DNA of 64,000 bases. It comes from Octopus vulgaris. Its lineage: Eukaryota. Of the stretch, positions 51,154-64,000 are shown piece by piece. The stretch lies in the NCBI GenBank assembly GCA_951406725.2, contig OX597818.1, positions 131,378,001-131,442,000 on the forward strand, read 5' to 3'. The notes beneath the pieces are model-generated. The model was not told where the DNA came from. It saw only the letters and a program-made list of their open reading frames with translations, and searched no databases. A program made the position numbers and the translations under genes. Numbering within the stretch: the first letter of the stretch is position 1; the number at the start of each line of letters is the position of its first letter.

Positions 51154-52345
51154 AGACTATAGAAGATATTTGACCAAGGTGCCATACAGTGGGACTGAAT
51201 GCAAAACCACATAGTTAGGAGCAACTTTACAATTCTAATGGGTGATCACATAGATAGATGATTGAAGCGTATTACTGGTACTTGCATTATTGATTTCAAA
51301 AGGACAAACACTGAAACCATCACTAGCAATACTTCAATAGGTAAATGTGAGACAAAGAGCTATGACCCATAAACCCTAATAAATCTTTACTCACAACAGG
51401 CTAGTCAATATGAACATCTTGACAGATGTGACATTTCAGAGACGAAAATCCTTTGAGGCGATAGATGGACTTGATTAATGGATTGCAAGAAACTATAAAT
51501 CCATGCAGATGAGATTTATACGGAGTGATTTCTGACTGCTATTGTTGTTATTGATACACAGCTATGTTTATAGAGGATGTAAAGAGAAACTCCTTCGCTG
51601 AAACCTCTACACATGCTTACAAATACCTGTTACACGAGTCAACAAGGAAGCATGTACATGGTTGCTTGATTTGCAAAAAATAGAAGCTAAATCTCCTTTA
51701 AATCACACCCAACTGTCTTAAAATAGAACATGTTAACTAATGAAGTCCTAGATTGTGTTTGGAAAAATGAAAAAGACAAGATGGTCATTGTAGGAATACC
51801 TTTGGTCATATGTTTACTTTGTTAGAGCAGACTTGAAGCTAAATAACAACAACTAGCTGAGGTAATGAAGGATCCTAGAACTGCTATTAATAACAGTTAA
51901 GTCTTTTTCAAATCACACAGTATTTTTTCAAATGAAAGGAATGCATGTGTCTATATCACCATCATCATCATTTAAAGTTCACTATTCCTTGATTGCATGG
52001 ATGAGGCAGGATTTGTTGAGGTAGATTTTCTATGGCCAGATGCTCTTCCTGTCACCAACCCTCACCTCTTTCCAAGCAAGGTCTTACTTCCTATGGCCAG
52101 ACGTGTATTTCCACAGAAGGCTAGACACAAGCAACTTGTAGGACAGTGGTGCTCATTTACAACCACTACATGATACTAGGGCAAAAGTGCACGTACACAC
52201 ACAGTTTCTGCCAACCAAATACACACATAAGTTTTGGTTAGCAGAAAACACTAGCCCTAGGTACTGCACAGTGGGACTGAACCTGAGGCCAAAGACTTGG
52301 GAAGGAAGCTTCTTAACCACACAGCCACATGTGCATGTGTTTGCA

Positions 52346-52620
<275 letters not shown>

Positions 52621-52621
52621 A

Positions 52622-52815
52622 TTCAAATAAAATAAACAATAATAATTAAAAACCAATAATAACAAAGCAAAAAGAGGATGTACACATGGAATGTATTAGT
52701 TTGACGTTTGGTAAAAGTAGAGAGCTTTTGACATTTCAAGCCATAACTCTTCATCAGAAAGGAAAACAGAAAAGTCATGAGAAGGGAAAATAACACTACA
52801 TGTGTGGTTACATGG
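52622..52815 (-). mobile_element. HHR mini-element, sister subfamily
   Basis: Minus strand CTTT-CTGATGA-AGAG-TTATGG-CTT-GAAA-TG-TC-AAA (52727-52761), canonical core; 3' end at (TA)n. Confidence 0.7.
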
Positions 52816-53218
52816 CTCTGTGTGTGTGTGTGTGTGTGTATGTGTGTGTGTGTGTGTGTAAAAAAGCACCCAGTATACTTTGTGAAATGGTCGATAGCTG
52901 TAAATACCATGTCAAAGCAACTCTCTGTCTCATCTGTTCATATCAAACCAACCAAGTCATGCCAGCATGGGAAAAGAGACATTAAATGACGTTACTGCTG
53001 CAGCTGATAATGATGATATCTACACACACACCCATCAGCACATATATAATGCCATTTGTACAGGAGCAGGCAAGTATATGTAGGTTGGTGTATATTTCTA
53101 TCTGCACATATGTGCCTTTGTGTGTGTATGTGTGTGTCTATGTGTGTGTGCACACGTATGTTTGTGTGCATGTGTGTGTAAAAATAGGGAAAACATTTTT
53201 CTTTCAAATGTGTGATAT

Positions 53219-53457
53219 AGGAGCAGGAGTGGCTGTGTGGTAAGTAGCTTGCTTACCAACCACATGGTTCTGGGTTCAGTACCACTGCGTGGCACCTTGG
53301 GCAAGTGTCTTCTACTATAGTCTTGGGCCAACCAAAGCCTAAGCATAACTTAGCCATTCAGCAAAAGAGACCGATAGAATAAGTACTAGGCTTACAAAGA
53401 ATAAGTCCTGGGTCGATTTCCTTGACTAAAGGTGGTGCTCCAGCATGGCCGCAGTCA
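53219..53457 (+). mobile_element. SINE family B with an internal deletion
   Basis: Head joined directly to the 3' part. Confidence 0.85.
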
Positions 53458-53548
53458 TGTTTCTTTATTGCCCTTTTTATGTTTGGAACAGCTTCATTTA
53501 AGAAAGGCTTCAAGAATCACAACGTCCCATCTGCAGAATAAATGAATA

Positions 53549-53940
53549 GTACTTGCTTACCAACCATATGGGTCCGGGTTCAGTCCCACTGCATGGCACC
53601 TTGGGCAAGTGTCTTCTGCTATAGCCTTGGGCCGACCAAAGCCTTGTGAGTGGATTTGGTAGACGGAAACTGAAAGAAGCCCGTCATATATATGTATATA
53701 TATATATGTGTGTGCATGTGTGTTTGTGTGTCTGTGTTTGTCCCCCTAGCATTGCTTGACAACCAATGCGGGTGTGTTTATGTCTCCGTCACTTAGCGGT
53801 TTGGCAAAAGAGACCGATAGAATAAGTACTGGGCTTACAAAGAATAAGTCCCGGGGTCGAGTGGCTCAACTAAAGGCGGTGCTCCAGCATGGCCACAGTC
53901 AAATGACTGAAACAAGTAAAAAAAAAAAAAAAAAGTAAAA
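53549..53940 (+). mobile_element. SINE family B
   Basis: Colinear with the consensus. Confidence 0.9.
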
Positions 53941-54034
53941 AGATGTATTATCTGTGCTCTTTGCATTAGGTTGTAAAGGATCATGAGAATACTTTTACAA
54001 GTGATAAAAATCATCAGCGCCTGATTCAAAATTA

Positions 54035-54425
54035 TAACCTACCACTCACTGCACCACGGAAGACGCTGCCAGCTGCCACCAATCAACAAAAAGGCTGGCC
54101 AGGCAGCAAAAACCCTGCGAGAATCAAGTCTGTTGGTTCGAGGAGCACAACTGTTCAACTCCATTCCGGTACATGTCAGAAATCTATCAGGATGCAGTGT
54201 GGAATCATTCAAATTGCAACTGGATAGATACTTAAGCACCATTAGAGATGAACCCCATCTCCCAGGATATACACAACGAGCACAAACTGACTCAAACTCG
54301 CTCCTACACATGTCAAATTTAAGCAGAGAATACAACCTGGCAACCACACCAGACTCTGAGGGTGGAGTCTTCGACTTGGCCTGAGCATGGACTCAAACCC
54401 AAATGAAATGAAATGAAATGAAATG
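54035..54425 (+). mobile_element. CR1-like LINE 3' end with (GAAAT)n tail
   Basis: VRGAQLFNSIPVHVRNLSGCSVESFKLQLDRYLSTIRDEP...SNSL matches the CR1/L2 ORF2 C-terminal FN.LP...FK..LD motif. Confidence 0.85.
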
Positions 54426-55113
54426 TCCTCACACAGCTCATGATTTATTTCATGTGATAAAATCTGAATGTGTAATTAGCTTTGTATTTTGCTACTTGTG
54501 AAGCTTCCATTGTTATTCTGTCCAATTTAATTTCATGTATTGTTTTTTTTATGATGAGTGTTGCAATAAATGTCTTGTTGTAAATACATGAAGAAGTGAC
54601 AAGAAAATGATGCAGCTATAATGTCCAATGTAACTTGTTTGATTAATGAAGTCTACAACTTTCATATTTGTGTTGAAATTTGTTTGTTATGACAAATCAG
54701 AGAGATCCATCTGCTTGGAATTTTCCATTTAGACATCTGTTAAAATAAGGAATTCTGAATTTCTCTTTTATAAAAGACAAAACGAACAAATATGAAATGC
54801 CAAAGATTTTGCAACACAAAACTAAACTGGATGTACTGACACTCACTATCAAATGCAATTACTACTATATTGATTAACAACATTGGTTTAAACTATATAT
54901 CTGAAGAACTGATGTGAGCTGAAAGAGCTTGCACAAAAATATATATACACATATGTATATTAATATAGATCTATGACTCGATCTATGAACTAAAATTTGT
55001 ATTATCAAAAAAATTAAAATATAATAAATTTAACTAATTAGAACTACCAGTGAAGTCATTCTTTTACTTTTTTCAAATATACCTACTTGTACCAAGGATC
55101 TCACACATTTTCC

Positions 55114-55181
<68 letters not shown>

Positions 55182-55391
55182 AAATATGAGGGTTTAGTTC
55201 ATAGGTGATATAAAAGAAAGTTTAGGTACACCTGGTAAGTGCTGTAACGGATTACTAAGGCTTCAAGGTTATAGCTGAGAGGGTAGTTTTAGAGCCAGTG
55301 CAGATTTCTGATATAGCGGATATATAATTTTTGAAGAGGACTGTCCTCTTTAACAATTAAATATATATGTGTATATATATATATATATATA

Positions 55392-55746
55392 GGTGAGAAA
55401 GTTGGTGTGTGAAAGCACATGGTTGAATATATAGAAAATAGTAAAAAGTGAAAAAATTACAGAAGGCTTGTTTTAGAAGGTTAAAAAATATATATTTGAG
55501 TCATTATGTCAGAAGAATGTTACAAATTTTTTTCATACACTTCTTTACACTTCATAACGAAATCATAACACAATGTTTTGAGAAATTTGAAAAGTTAACA
55601 TGAAACCGGTAATTTCTTCAAAAACTATGTCACTGTATGAAAAAAAATTATAACATTCTTCTGACATAATGACTCAAATATATATTTTTCAACCTTCTAA
55701 AACAAGCCTTCTGTAGGTTTTTCACTTTTTACTATTGTCTATATAT
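55392..55746. mobile_element. Fold-back palindrome (~110-bp arms) with a decayed HHR in the spacer
   Basis: Arms 55427-55538 / 55636-55746. Spacer has AGAAAT-TTGAAAA-GTTAACAT-GAAA-CCGG-TA-ATTTCT. (TA)n flanks. Confidence 0.72.
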
Positions 55747-55767
55747 CTATATATATATATATAGATA

Positions 55768-55960
55768 TAGGGGGAGAGTTTACGAAAAAAACAAAAGACG
55801 AAGACAGGTGGGGTACAAAACAAACAGATGTATTAGTATAACGTTCAGGAATAGAAAAAGTCTTTTACATTTCGAGCCTATGCTCTTCTACAGAAAGGGA
55901 CACAGAAAAAACAAGGAGAGAAAAAAAATGTGTGTCATGGCTAACGATCTGTCATGGCGT
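55768..55960 (-). mobile_element. HHR mini-element, sister subfamily
   Basis: Minus strand CTTT-CTGTAGA-AGAGC-ATAG-GCTC-GAAA-TG-TA-AAAG (variant core). Confidence 0.65.
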
Positions 55961-55993
55961 CATACCTGTGCCTATATATATATATATATATAT

Positions 55994-56396
55994 AGGCACA
56001 GGTATGGCTGTGTGATAAGAATTTTGCTTCCCAGCCACATGGTTCTGGGCTCAGTCCTACTGTGTGGCACCTTTGCTATAGCTTTGGGCCGACCAAAGTC
56101 TTGTGAGTGGATCTGGAAGATGGAAACTGAAAGAAGCTTATCATACATGTGTGTAGTTGTGTCTGTGTGTGTGTGTGTGGGGGTTATTTGTGCTTGTGTT
56201 ATCGCTCACCGCTGCTTGACAACTGCTGTTGATTTGATTACATCCCTGTAACTTAGCAATTCAGTAAAAAGAAACCAATGTAAAATGAGTACCCCACTTA
56301 AAAAGAAAGGGAGCTACAGGGGTCAATTTCTCAAACGAAATTCTTCAACGTGGTGCTCCAGCATGGTCACAATGTAACAACTGAAGCAGGTGAAAG
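55994..56396 (+). mobile_element. SINE family B, diverged
   Basis: Colinear with the consensus. Confidence 0.78.
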
Positions 56397-56431
<35 letters not shown>

Positions 56432-56448
56432 CACATACACACACATAC

Positions 56449-56494
<46 letters not shown>

Positions 56495-56593
56495 GTGTAA
56501 ATACACACAAACACACATATACACAAATATATATTTAGGTGTATGTCTACTTAGTTATATATTATATATGTATGTACACACACATACACGTGC

Positions 56594-56626
<33 letters not shown>

Positions 56627-56723
56627 CGTATGTTATTGTGTATGTATGTGTATTGTGTATGTAGATAAATGATATATGTGTGTGTGTGTATGTATATATA
56701 TATGTACATAAACTCACACAAAC

Positions 56724-56767
<44 letters not shown>

Positions 56768-57108
56768 GCACACTCACAGACATGTATATGTTTATTAAGT
56801 GATGCTTCATTTTTCTCCGAGATTTAGTACGTGTCTGTGCATGTTTTTCATTTCCATTTCACAAAACTAAAAAGTCACAATACAATTTACACTTGAAATA
56901 ATAATATTTTGTTGTTTTTCACAATTATTGTTGCAGTTGTAGTTGTTACAGTTTAATAAATTTGGACAACCCTAGATTCAAAATTTCTATGAAATTTATT
57001 TCAACGTTATTTTACTTTATCTGTTTAATTTCGTTCTTTAGCATGCTTATTTTGTTTCACATTGAATTGCTTCTGATTTGTTGTAGTTGATATTGTTATC
57101 CTTTATTA

Positions 57109-57157
<49 letters not shown>

Positions 57158-57611
57158 CATTATTATTATATCTTTTGTATTATAATTTAAATACAGAAAA
57201 ATATGTGTGCTTGTAGTAAATTAATTGTTGCATTTTGCAGAAGTCTGGAGCTCTTAGAACAAAGAGATATCAAAGGTCATGATTTGTCTTATTCACTATT
57301 ATACAAACGTGTGCGTGTGTGTGTGTGCATGTGTGTGTGTGCATGTGTGTGTGTGTGTGCATGTGTGTTTGTGTAAGTAGCCATCAACTTCTTATTTTTA
57401 CGATATATGTTTTTATTAAGCACATCAAATGTTTATATACAAATGAAAATGTCTACACTATAACTTGCTATACATTATTTGCAAACACACATATGCATAC
57501 ACGTGTATATATGTGAGTGGGTGAGTCTTTGTATCTATAAATGTGTGTGTGTGTGTGTGACCGTGTGTGTATGTATGCAAGGGAGTATGTATGTTGGTAT
57601 GTATATATTTA

Positions 57612-57848
57612 GGCCACGAGCTGGCAGAATCATTAGCACGCCGAGCGAAATGCTTAGCGGTATTTCGTCCGCCGCTGCGTTTTGAGTTCAAATTCCGCCG
57701 AGGTCGACATTGCCTTTCATCCTTTCGGGGTCAATAAATTAACTACCAGTTACGCACTGGGGTCGATGGAGTCGACTTAATCCGTTGGTCTGTCCTTGTT
57801 TGTCTCCTCTGTGTTTAGCCCCTTTGTGGGTAGTAAAGAAATAGGTAT
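57612..57848 (+). mobile_element. SINE family C, young
   Basis: GAGCTGGCAGAATC (A-box), GAGTTCAAATTCC (B-box), Meta-like core. Confidence 0.88.
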
Positions 57849-58400
57849 GTATATATTTAGAGATTTATGATGTGTTTCAGTGATTAACAAATTAATTTTA
57901 TATCCATGAACTTCAGAGTTCAATCTCACAAGTTCTTTTGTTACACCCTTGGGAGAACCTTCTGCATGAATTTGAGCAGACAGAAACTGTATATAAGTTC
58001 ATTGGATTCAAAGATCCTATCATGTTACAGTATATCTCACTGATTCTGCATGAGAATTACATTAAATTTATACATGCCTGTGGAATATTCAGCCAGTTTA
58101 CTTGCTTATTCAATGAGTAAAGCTTATTCATCCAGTTGATCATACAAATAGACATACACTAAAGTCATTGCTGGAGTCCTACCTCATCATAGTTATCATG
58201 CTCATTTTTCTTTGCTTTACCACCACTGAACATGATGGCATAGGTTGGACAGGTCATCACAGACAGGTCATCATGGACAGTCAAAATATATTCAAGTAGC
58301 TACTCTTTGAATAAATGTCCAACGATATTGTTAGTGTATATATATATATGTATACATCATCCTACCTATGCTAGCATGGACAATGGACATTAAGTGATGA

Positions 58401-58496
<96 letters not shown>

Positions 58497-59392
58497 GCAG
58501 GATGTGGTGAATAAACGGTCATCTGAATTTCACAAAAGTGGGGAAAAAACACTGATATCTCATTTTAAAAGATATATTTACCAAAATTACATAAAAATAT
58601 CTTGAAATACTAAGGAGTAAATTTATTTAGTAATATCGCCATTGGCTTCCACCACAGCCTCCAGAAGATTTTGGACCACATCAATTTTGGAATCTCCTGC
58701 AACTCTTCTGGACGCTCTCCTTATTTAAGTTGGTGAATGTTGCCATAATTCTTTCTTTGAATTCATCTTTGCTGTTACAAGGAGTTTTGTTGGTCTCTTG
58801 CTCTACTACGCCCCATACATAATAATCAAGGAGGTTGCAGTCTGGAGAGTTAGGTGGCCAGATGTTAGGGGTGATGTGGTCTCAGAAATTGTCTGACAGC
58901 CATGGCTGGGTCCTCCTGCTTGTGTGGTATGGTGCAGAGTCCTGTTGCCAGACATAGGGTCTTCCAGTAGCCACCTCTTGACCCAGGGCAACACTACCTC
59001 CTCCAGGTACTTGATGTAGGTCCCCATATCAAGTCTAAGGCAGTATGGGATGATGAATGGAGGCATAACTTTACCGTCACTAGTGATCACTCCAAACACC
59101 ATGATGCTGACTGAATGTTTGACTTTTATCAGTCCCTGTACATGCCCTCAGATTGCACTGTCTTCCGATTGACACCCAAACACTCTGAAATGTTCATATT
59201 GTAGCTTCCAGTGAGAATGCCAAGCAGTACAGCATGTCGTTTCCAAACTTCTGGCAAAGTGGATTGCATTATGATACTGTTTTTGTCACAGATGGTGCCC
59301 AACTGACCCTACTTTACTGTGTAGTCAACAACATCAAAAACAAGCATGTGTGAAATGAGAAATATAAAATGTCGACAATTTACCCATCACAG
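58497..59392 (-). mobile_element. maT-type (DD37D) mariner-like transposon remnant
   Basis: MVFGVITSDG.. then WQQDSAPYHTSRRTQPWLSDNF*DHITPNIWPPNSPDCNLLDYYVWG (37 residues between the Ds). Stop and frameshift present; imperfect TIRs. Confidence 0.85.
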
Positions 59393-60189
59393 TTTTCCCA
59401 TTGCACCCTATATGTGTTGTTGGAACATACATCTCAATCATATAATTGACTAACTGCCCATCATTTTCTAAAACACAATATTATTTACACATGCACACAT
59501 TCAGAAACTCAGCTGAAACAAAGATGATTTCATTACCAAAATACTTAAAAGCAAAACATTCCATACTTCCTAAAGTAGAGCAACATATAAGGAAATTAAA
59601 GGCAAAGCATGTAATCTCTGCACAGCTGAAGTATACAAGATCCTATTTACTAAGGACCCATTTCTTAACTGCTATTCGGAAAGAGTTACATTCCCTGTGT
59701 GTATTATATCCACCTACCATTTATCTGGATAGATAGAGTGGAGGTATTCATTCAGTAAACATGATCCCACAAGCCACATACATAAAACACAAACACTGAG
59801 CTTGAATGCCTTTTCAAGCATACAATAGTTTACTTACTTAAGGCATACAAGGCAATGGATGGTGGACAGTAAATTCCTATGTTTCCTTATTTGGCCAAAA
59901 CTACACATTTACACAGAGTTTCAGGCCACCAGGAATTTCCTGATTACTCCCATCTTACCACTTTAAGGTTCTGAGACACTGGTTTATGATCACCTTATGT
60001 ATTTGGGTAGTTTCCATCTATCGAATTGTTTTTGCCTTAGTTTTCAAGTATTCACCGATTGGTATACTAACATTAATCATTAGCTGAATTTTGTAGTGGA
60101 ATTCTAATCATAGAATTTTTATCTTCTGATCCAGTGACAAAGCAAATTCTGCAAAAGGAGTTCATATCTACACCAAGCAATGATGGAAT

Positions 60190-60570
60190 GGAAGCACTCT
60201 GTCGGTTACGACGACGAGGGTTCCGGTTGATCCGAATCAACGGAACAGCCTGCTCGTGAAATTAAAGTGTAAGTGGCTGAGCACTCCACAGACACGTGCA
60301 CCCTTAACGTAATTCTCGGGGATATTCAGCATGACACAGAGAGTGACAAGGCCAGCCCCTTGAAATACAGGTACAACAGAAACAGGAAGTAAGAGTGAGA
60401 GAAAGTTGTGGTGAAAGAGTACAGCAGGGATCACCACCAGCCTCTGCCGGAGCCTCGTGAAGCTTTTTAGGTGTTTTCGCTCAATAAACACTCACAACGC
60501 CCGGTCTGGGAATCGAAACCGCGATCCTATGACTGCGAGTCCGCTGCCCTAACCACTGGGCCATTGCGCC
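60190..60570 (-). mobile_element. SINE family A, full length
   Basis: TSD CTACACCAAGCAATGA (60168-60183 / 60570-60585). Confidence 0.92.
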
Positions 60571-60619
60571 TACACCAAGCAATGAATATGTAATAGGAAA
60601 TAATAGAGTGAATGATCGT

Positions 60620-61115
60620 GGGCATTCACTGGCAGAACAGAGTTTGTTCAACAACCCTTGAATCAATGCTGCTGAAAGCCCAGTTAAGCTGAACTGGCCA
60701 CATAATCAAAATGACTGACAGTCATGTAATCAGACAGATGTTGTACAGCAAGGTCACACAGGGCTCACACAAACAAGGAAAGATTAAACTAAAATACAAG
60801 GGCACTCTAAAAAGCAACCTGAAGTGGAAGAGCATTAGTCCATGCAAACTTGAAGCCTCAACTACTGACAGATCGACGCAGAGGTCTCTTACCTCATGAG
60901 CAGCAGCTGCTGCCTTTGAAGAGGACCTGTGTCAGTGTCTTGCTGCTGCAAGAGACAGATGTCGCAGAGCAGCAACTGCCTCAATACAGAGAACAGATTA
61001 TCGTTGTGACACCTTTTGGCACCTGTGTGCTTCCAGCTCTGGTGTCACCTGTGCTCTCATCCCTGAGAACACAGACTTTGTCATTGCCAGACTCTGATGG
61101 ACAACATACAACATC
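60620..61115 (+). mobile_element. RTE-BovB-like LINE 3' remnant
   Basis: QLS*TGHIIKMTDSHVIRQMLYSKVTQGSHKQGKIKLKYKGTLKSNLK..TDRST resembles QLRWAGHV.RM...PKQ.LY..L..GKR..G..K.RYKD.LK. Confidence 0.75.
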
Positions 61116-61234
61116 ATAGTATTGCAGACACAGTTATGTACACAACCAGTCATACTTTCATATGCAATTACACAGCCTATCATATTTACTGATTAAGTGT
61201 ATTCCTAGTGCTCCTTCACAGAGTCTAACATATT

Positions 61235-61462
61235 CTCTTTTCTCTTTCTATTTTACTTGTTTCAGTCATTTGACTGCGGCCATGCTGGAGCACCGCCTTT
61301 TAGTTGAGCAAATCAACCCCGGGACTTATTCTTTGTAAGCTCAGTACTTATTCTATCAGTCTCTTTTGCCGAACCGCTAAGTGACGGGGACATAAACACA
61401 CCAGCATCAGTTGTCAAGCAATGCTAGGGGGACAAACACAGACACACAAACACACACACATA

Positions 61463-61500
<38 letters not shown>

Positions 61501-61664
61501 TATGACAGGCTCCTTTCAGTTTCCGTCTACCAAATCCACTCACAAGGCATTGGTCAGCCCGGGGCTATAGCAGAAGACACTTCCCAAGGTGCCACGCAGT
61601 GGGACTGAACCCAGAACCATGTGGTTGGTGAGCAAGCTACTTACCACACAGCCACTCCTGCGCC
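61235..61664 (-). mobile_element. SINE family B, full length
   Basis: Colinear with the consensus. Confidence 0.92.
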
Positions 61665-62607
61665 TATATATGATCAATTAGTATTGCAAAATCTGAATTA
61701 CACTTCTGTGTAACCATTACTGCTACACTCTGCTAATCATTAATAGATATCAGTTAAACACAGCTAACTAATTAATAGGCATAATAACTTGCTTTTTTAT
61801 TAATAAAATAAGTATACTGATAATAGCAACATTAAAATAGCAAAAAACTTTATTGTGCATCGCAAAAAAAAATATAAATAAAACAGCATTTTAGAATTAC
61901 ATTAGTTAAAGAATAAATATTGGTTAGAAAAAAAAACGATGTCACCTACTTCAGTCACTTGTTTTACAGAGCGTAAAAAGTAAAGATTTTTTAGTACTTT
62001 AATGAATATATTTAGTCTCATCAACATTTGGATATCATAGATATCAATGAATGAATAAGCCTGTCAGTCAATTATTCTGTCTGTCTATCTATCTATCCAT
62101 CTATCTATACATACATACATATGTATGTTTGTGTTTATGTGCGTGTGTGTGTGTGTGTGTGTGTGTGCACTTGTGTATGTGTATACATCATATGCTTCTA
62201 TGGCAACTACCTAATTAGCACTACCAACAAATTCTTTGGCATAAATTCATTCTTTTGTTTTATTTCATATTCAGCAATTCTTGGACATTTCCTGGCATTT
62301 TAGTTTGTGCACGATATATTGGATTTACTGGATTGTTTTCTCCTTTTGCACATCCTATTTTAGAATGACAAAAGTTGAAGAAAAAATATCGATTAGGAAA
62401 AAAATATATGATGCCACCCACATAAGATACTTGGTTCACCATGTGTAATGGTAGAGACTTTTCATTACTCTAATGACTATATTATGTCTCATCCATATTT
62501 TCATTCTTCTTTCCATGTACTTAGGAGATGTGAAACTCTTATAAGTAAAATTAAAATTACAGCCAAATCAATATTAGGATATGGCATAAACTTTTCTATT
62601 TACTTAA

Positions 62608-63046
62608 CCCTTTTGTTACCGTATTTATTTTGAGATGCTCTGTGTTTCTTTCCATTATTTTAAATATAACAAAGAATTTAGAAAATTAACTTAGTTATCA
62701 TTAAACCTTTCGTTACTGTATTTATTTTGAGATGCTCTGCGTTTCTTTCAATTACTTTAAATATAACAAAGGATTTAGTCAAATAACTTAGTTATCATTA
62801 AGCTGGTATTAGGAACATAAATTGTGACTAAGGTTTGTGGGAAGATTTTAATTCAGAACTTTTGAAAACAAGACATTTATACTGAGAGCCAGAGCTGGTT
62901 TCAGCCGGGTTGGTAACGAAAGGGTAGTGTTAGGAACATAAATTGTAACTAAGGTTTAGTGAAAGGTTTTAATTCAAAACTTATGAGAACAAAACATTTG
63001 TACTGCAGAACCAGAGCTGGTTTCAGCCAGGTTGGGAACGAAAGGG
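62608..63046. mobile_element. piggyBac-type MITE nested inside a copy of itself
   Basis: Outer TTAA|CCCTTTTGTTAC...AACGAAAGGG|TTAA. Inner copy 62705-62924 starts at the internal TTAA (62701-62704). Confidence 0.85.
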
Positions 63047-63184
63047 TTAATACTTGGAAATCGAAAGAGTGACCACTCAGACATAACTCCATCCCAATAT
63101 CTCAGAGAGGAGTGCGAATAGTTTGAGCTAAATATGTCATTGCACTCATTTATATTTACATATTTATGTATTTATTCATACATA

Positions 63185-63583
63185 CTCTTTACTCTTTTAC
63201 TTGTTTCAGTCATTTGACTGCGGCCATGCTGGAGCACCGCCTTTAGTCAAGCTTATTTTTTGTAAGCCCAGTACTTATTCTATCGGTTTTTTTTGCCGAA
63301 CTGCTAAGTGACGGGGACGTAAACACACCAGCATCGGTTGTTAAGCAATGCTAGGGGGACAAACACAGACACACAAACACACACACATACATACTTATAT
63401 ATATATATATACATATATACGACAGGCTTCTTTCAGTTTCTGTCTACCAAATCCACTCACAAGGCATTGGTCGGCCCGGGGCTATAGTAGAAGACACTTG
63501 CCCAAGATGCCACGCAGTGGGACTGAACCCGGAACCATGTGGTTGGTTAGCAAGCTACTTACCACACAGCCACTCCTGCGCCT
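63185..63583 (-). mobile_element. SINE family B, full length
   Basis: Colinear with the consensus. Confidence 0.92.
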
Positions 63584-63595
63584 ATGTACTTTATT

Positions 63596-63880
63596 TATTT
63601 ATTTATTTTATTTTATTTTATCTAGTTTCAGCTCATGAGCTGTGGCCATGCTGGGGCACCGCCATTTGGTGTTGCTAAATGATTTTACTTCACGAATGCT
63701 TTTTAGCAATTGCCATTTGGTGCATGAGAGAGTTCGATGCAGCTGCCCTCATCTGCACCTCCTGCCGTGAAGTTGGTTCATCTGGGACACCTGACAGGAA
63801 GAGATCCAGTTTTATTTTAAAGACATCTGCATCCACCCCATGCATATCTCTCAGGTTCTTCAGGAGGATATTGAAGAGCT
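63596..63880 (-). mobile_element. CR1-like LINE 3' end with (TAAAA)n tail
   Basis: QLFNILLKNLRDMHGVDADVFKIKLDLFLSGVPDEP...SNSL*, followed by a 3' UTR shared with the SINE B tail. Confidence 0.85.
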
Positions 63881-64000
63881 GTATGTATATATGCAAATGT
63901 AAATGTAGGTATTAACATAGATTTACATTTTTTTTTCCCTTTTGGTGCATAGATACATTTAGCAATAGGGTAAATGCTCGCATGCAATTGTCAGTGACAA

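Overview
AT-rich, repeat-dense animal genomic DNA. The SINE repertoire and (TA)n/(CA)n density suggest an octopus (coleoid cephalopod); this is inferred, not verified. Almost all ORFs in the supplied track are microsatellite or SINE artefacts. One host coding exon is supported: a 154-bp minus-strand exon (8158-8311) with canonical splice sites, encoding 51 aa that align without gaps to the planar-cell-polarity effector Fuzzy (FUZ). The window is therefore probably mostly fuzzy intron. The rest comprises at least four tRNA-derived SINE families, RTE and CR1 LINE 3' fragments, decayed Tc1 (DD36E) and maT (DD37D) transposons, piggyBac-, Chapaev3- and mariner-type MITEs, a Helitron, and a decayed Penelope-like element (PLE) with a GIY-YIG domain. 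The most striking signal is a set of more than 15 hammerhead-ribozyme (HHR) motifs, most with palindromic mini-stem III, in short elements mostly inserted into (TA)n tracts. These include six fold-back palindromes whose turning points lie in or next to an HHR (clear in five, tentative in one), a 418-bp retrozyme-like unit with an intact HHR, and a ~200-bp HHR mini-element family. Two templated-insertion scars copy unique sequence from 7.6 kb and 16 kb away. Family names come from recalled motifs; no database search was run.
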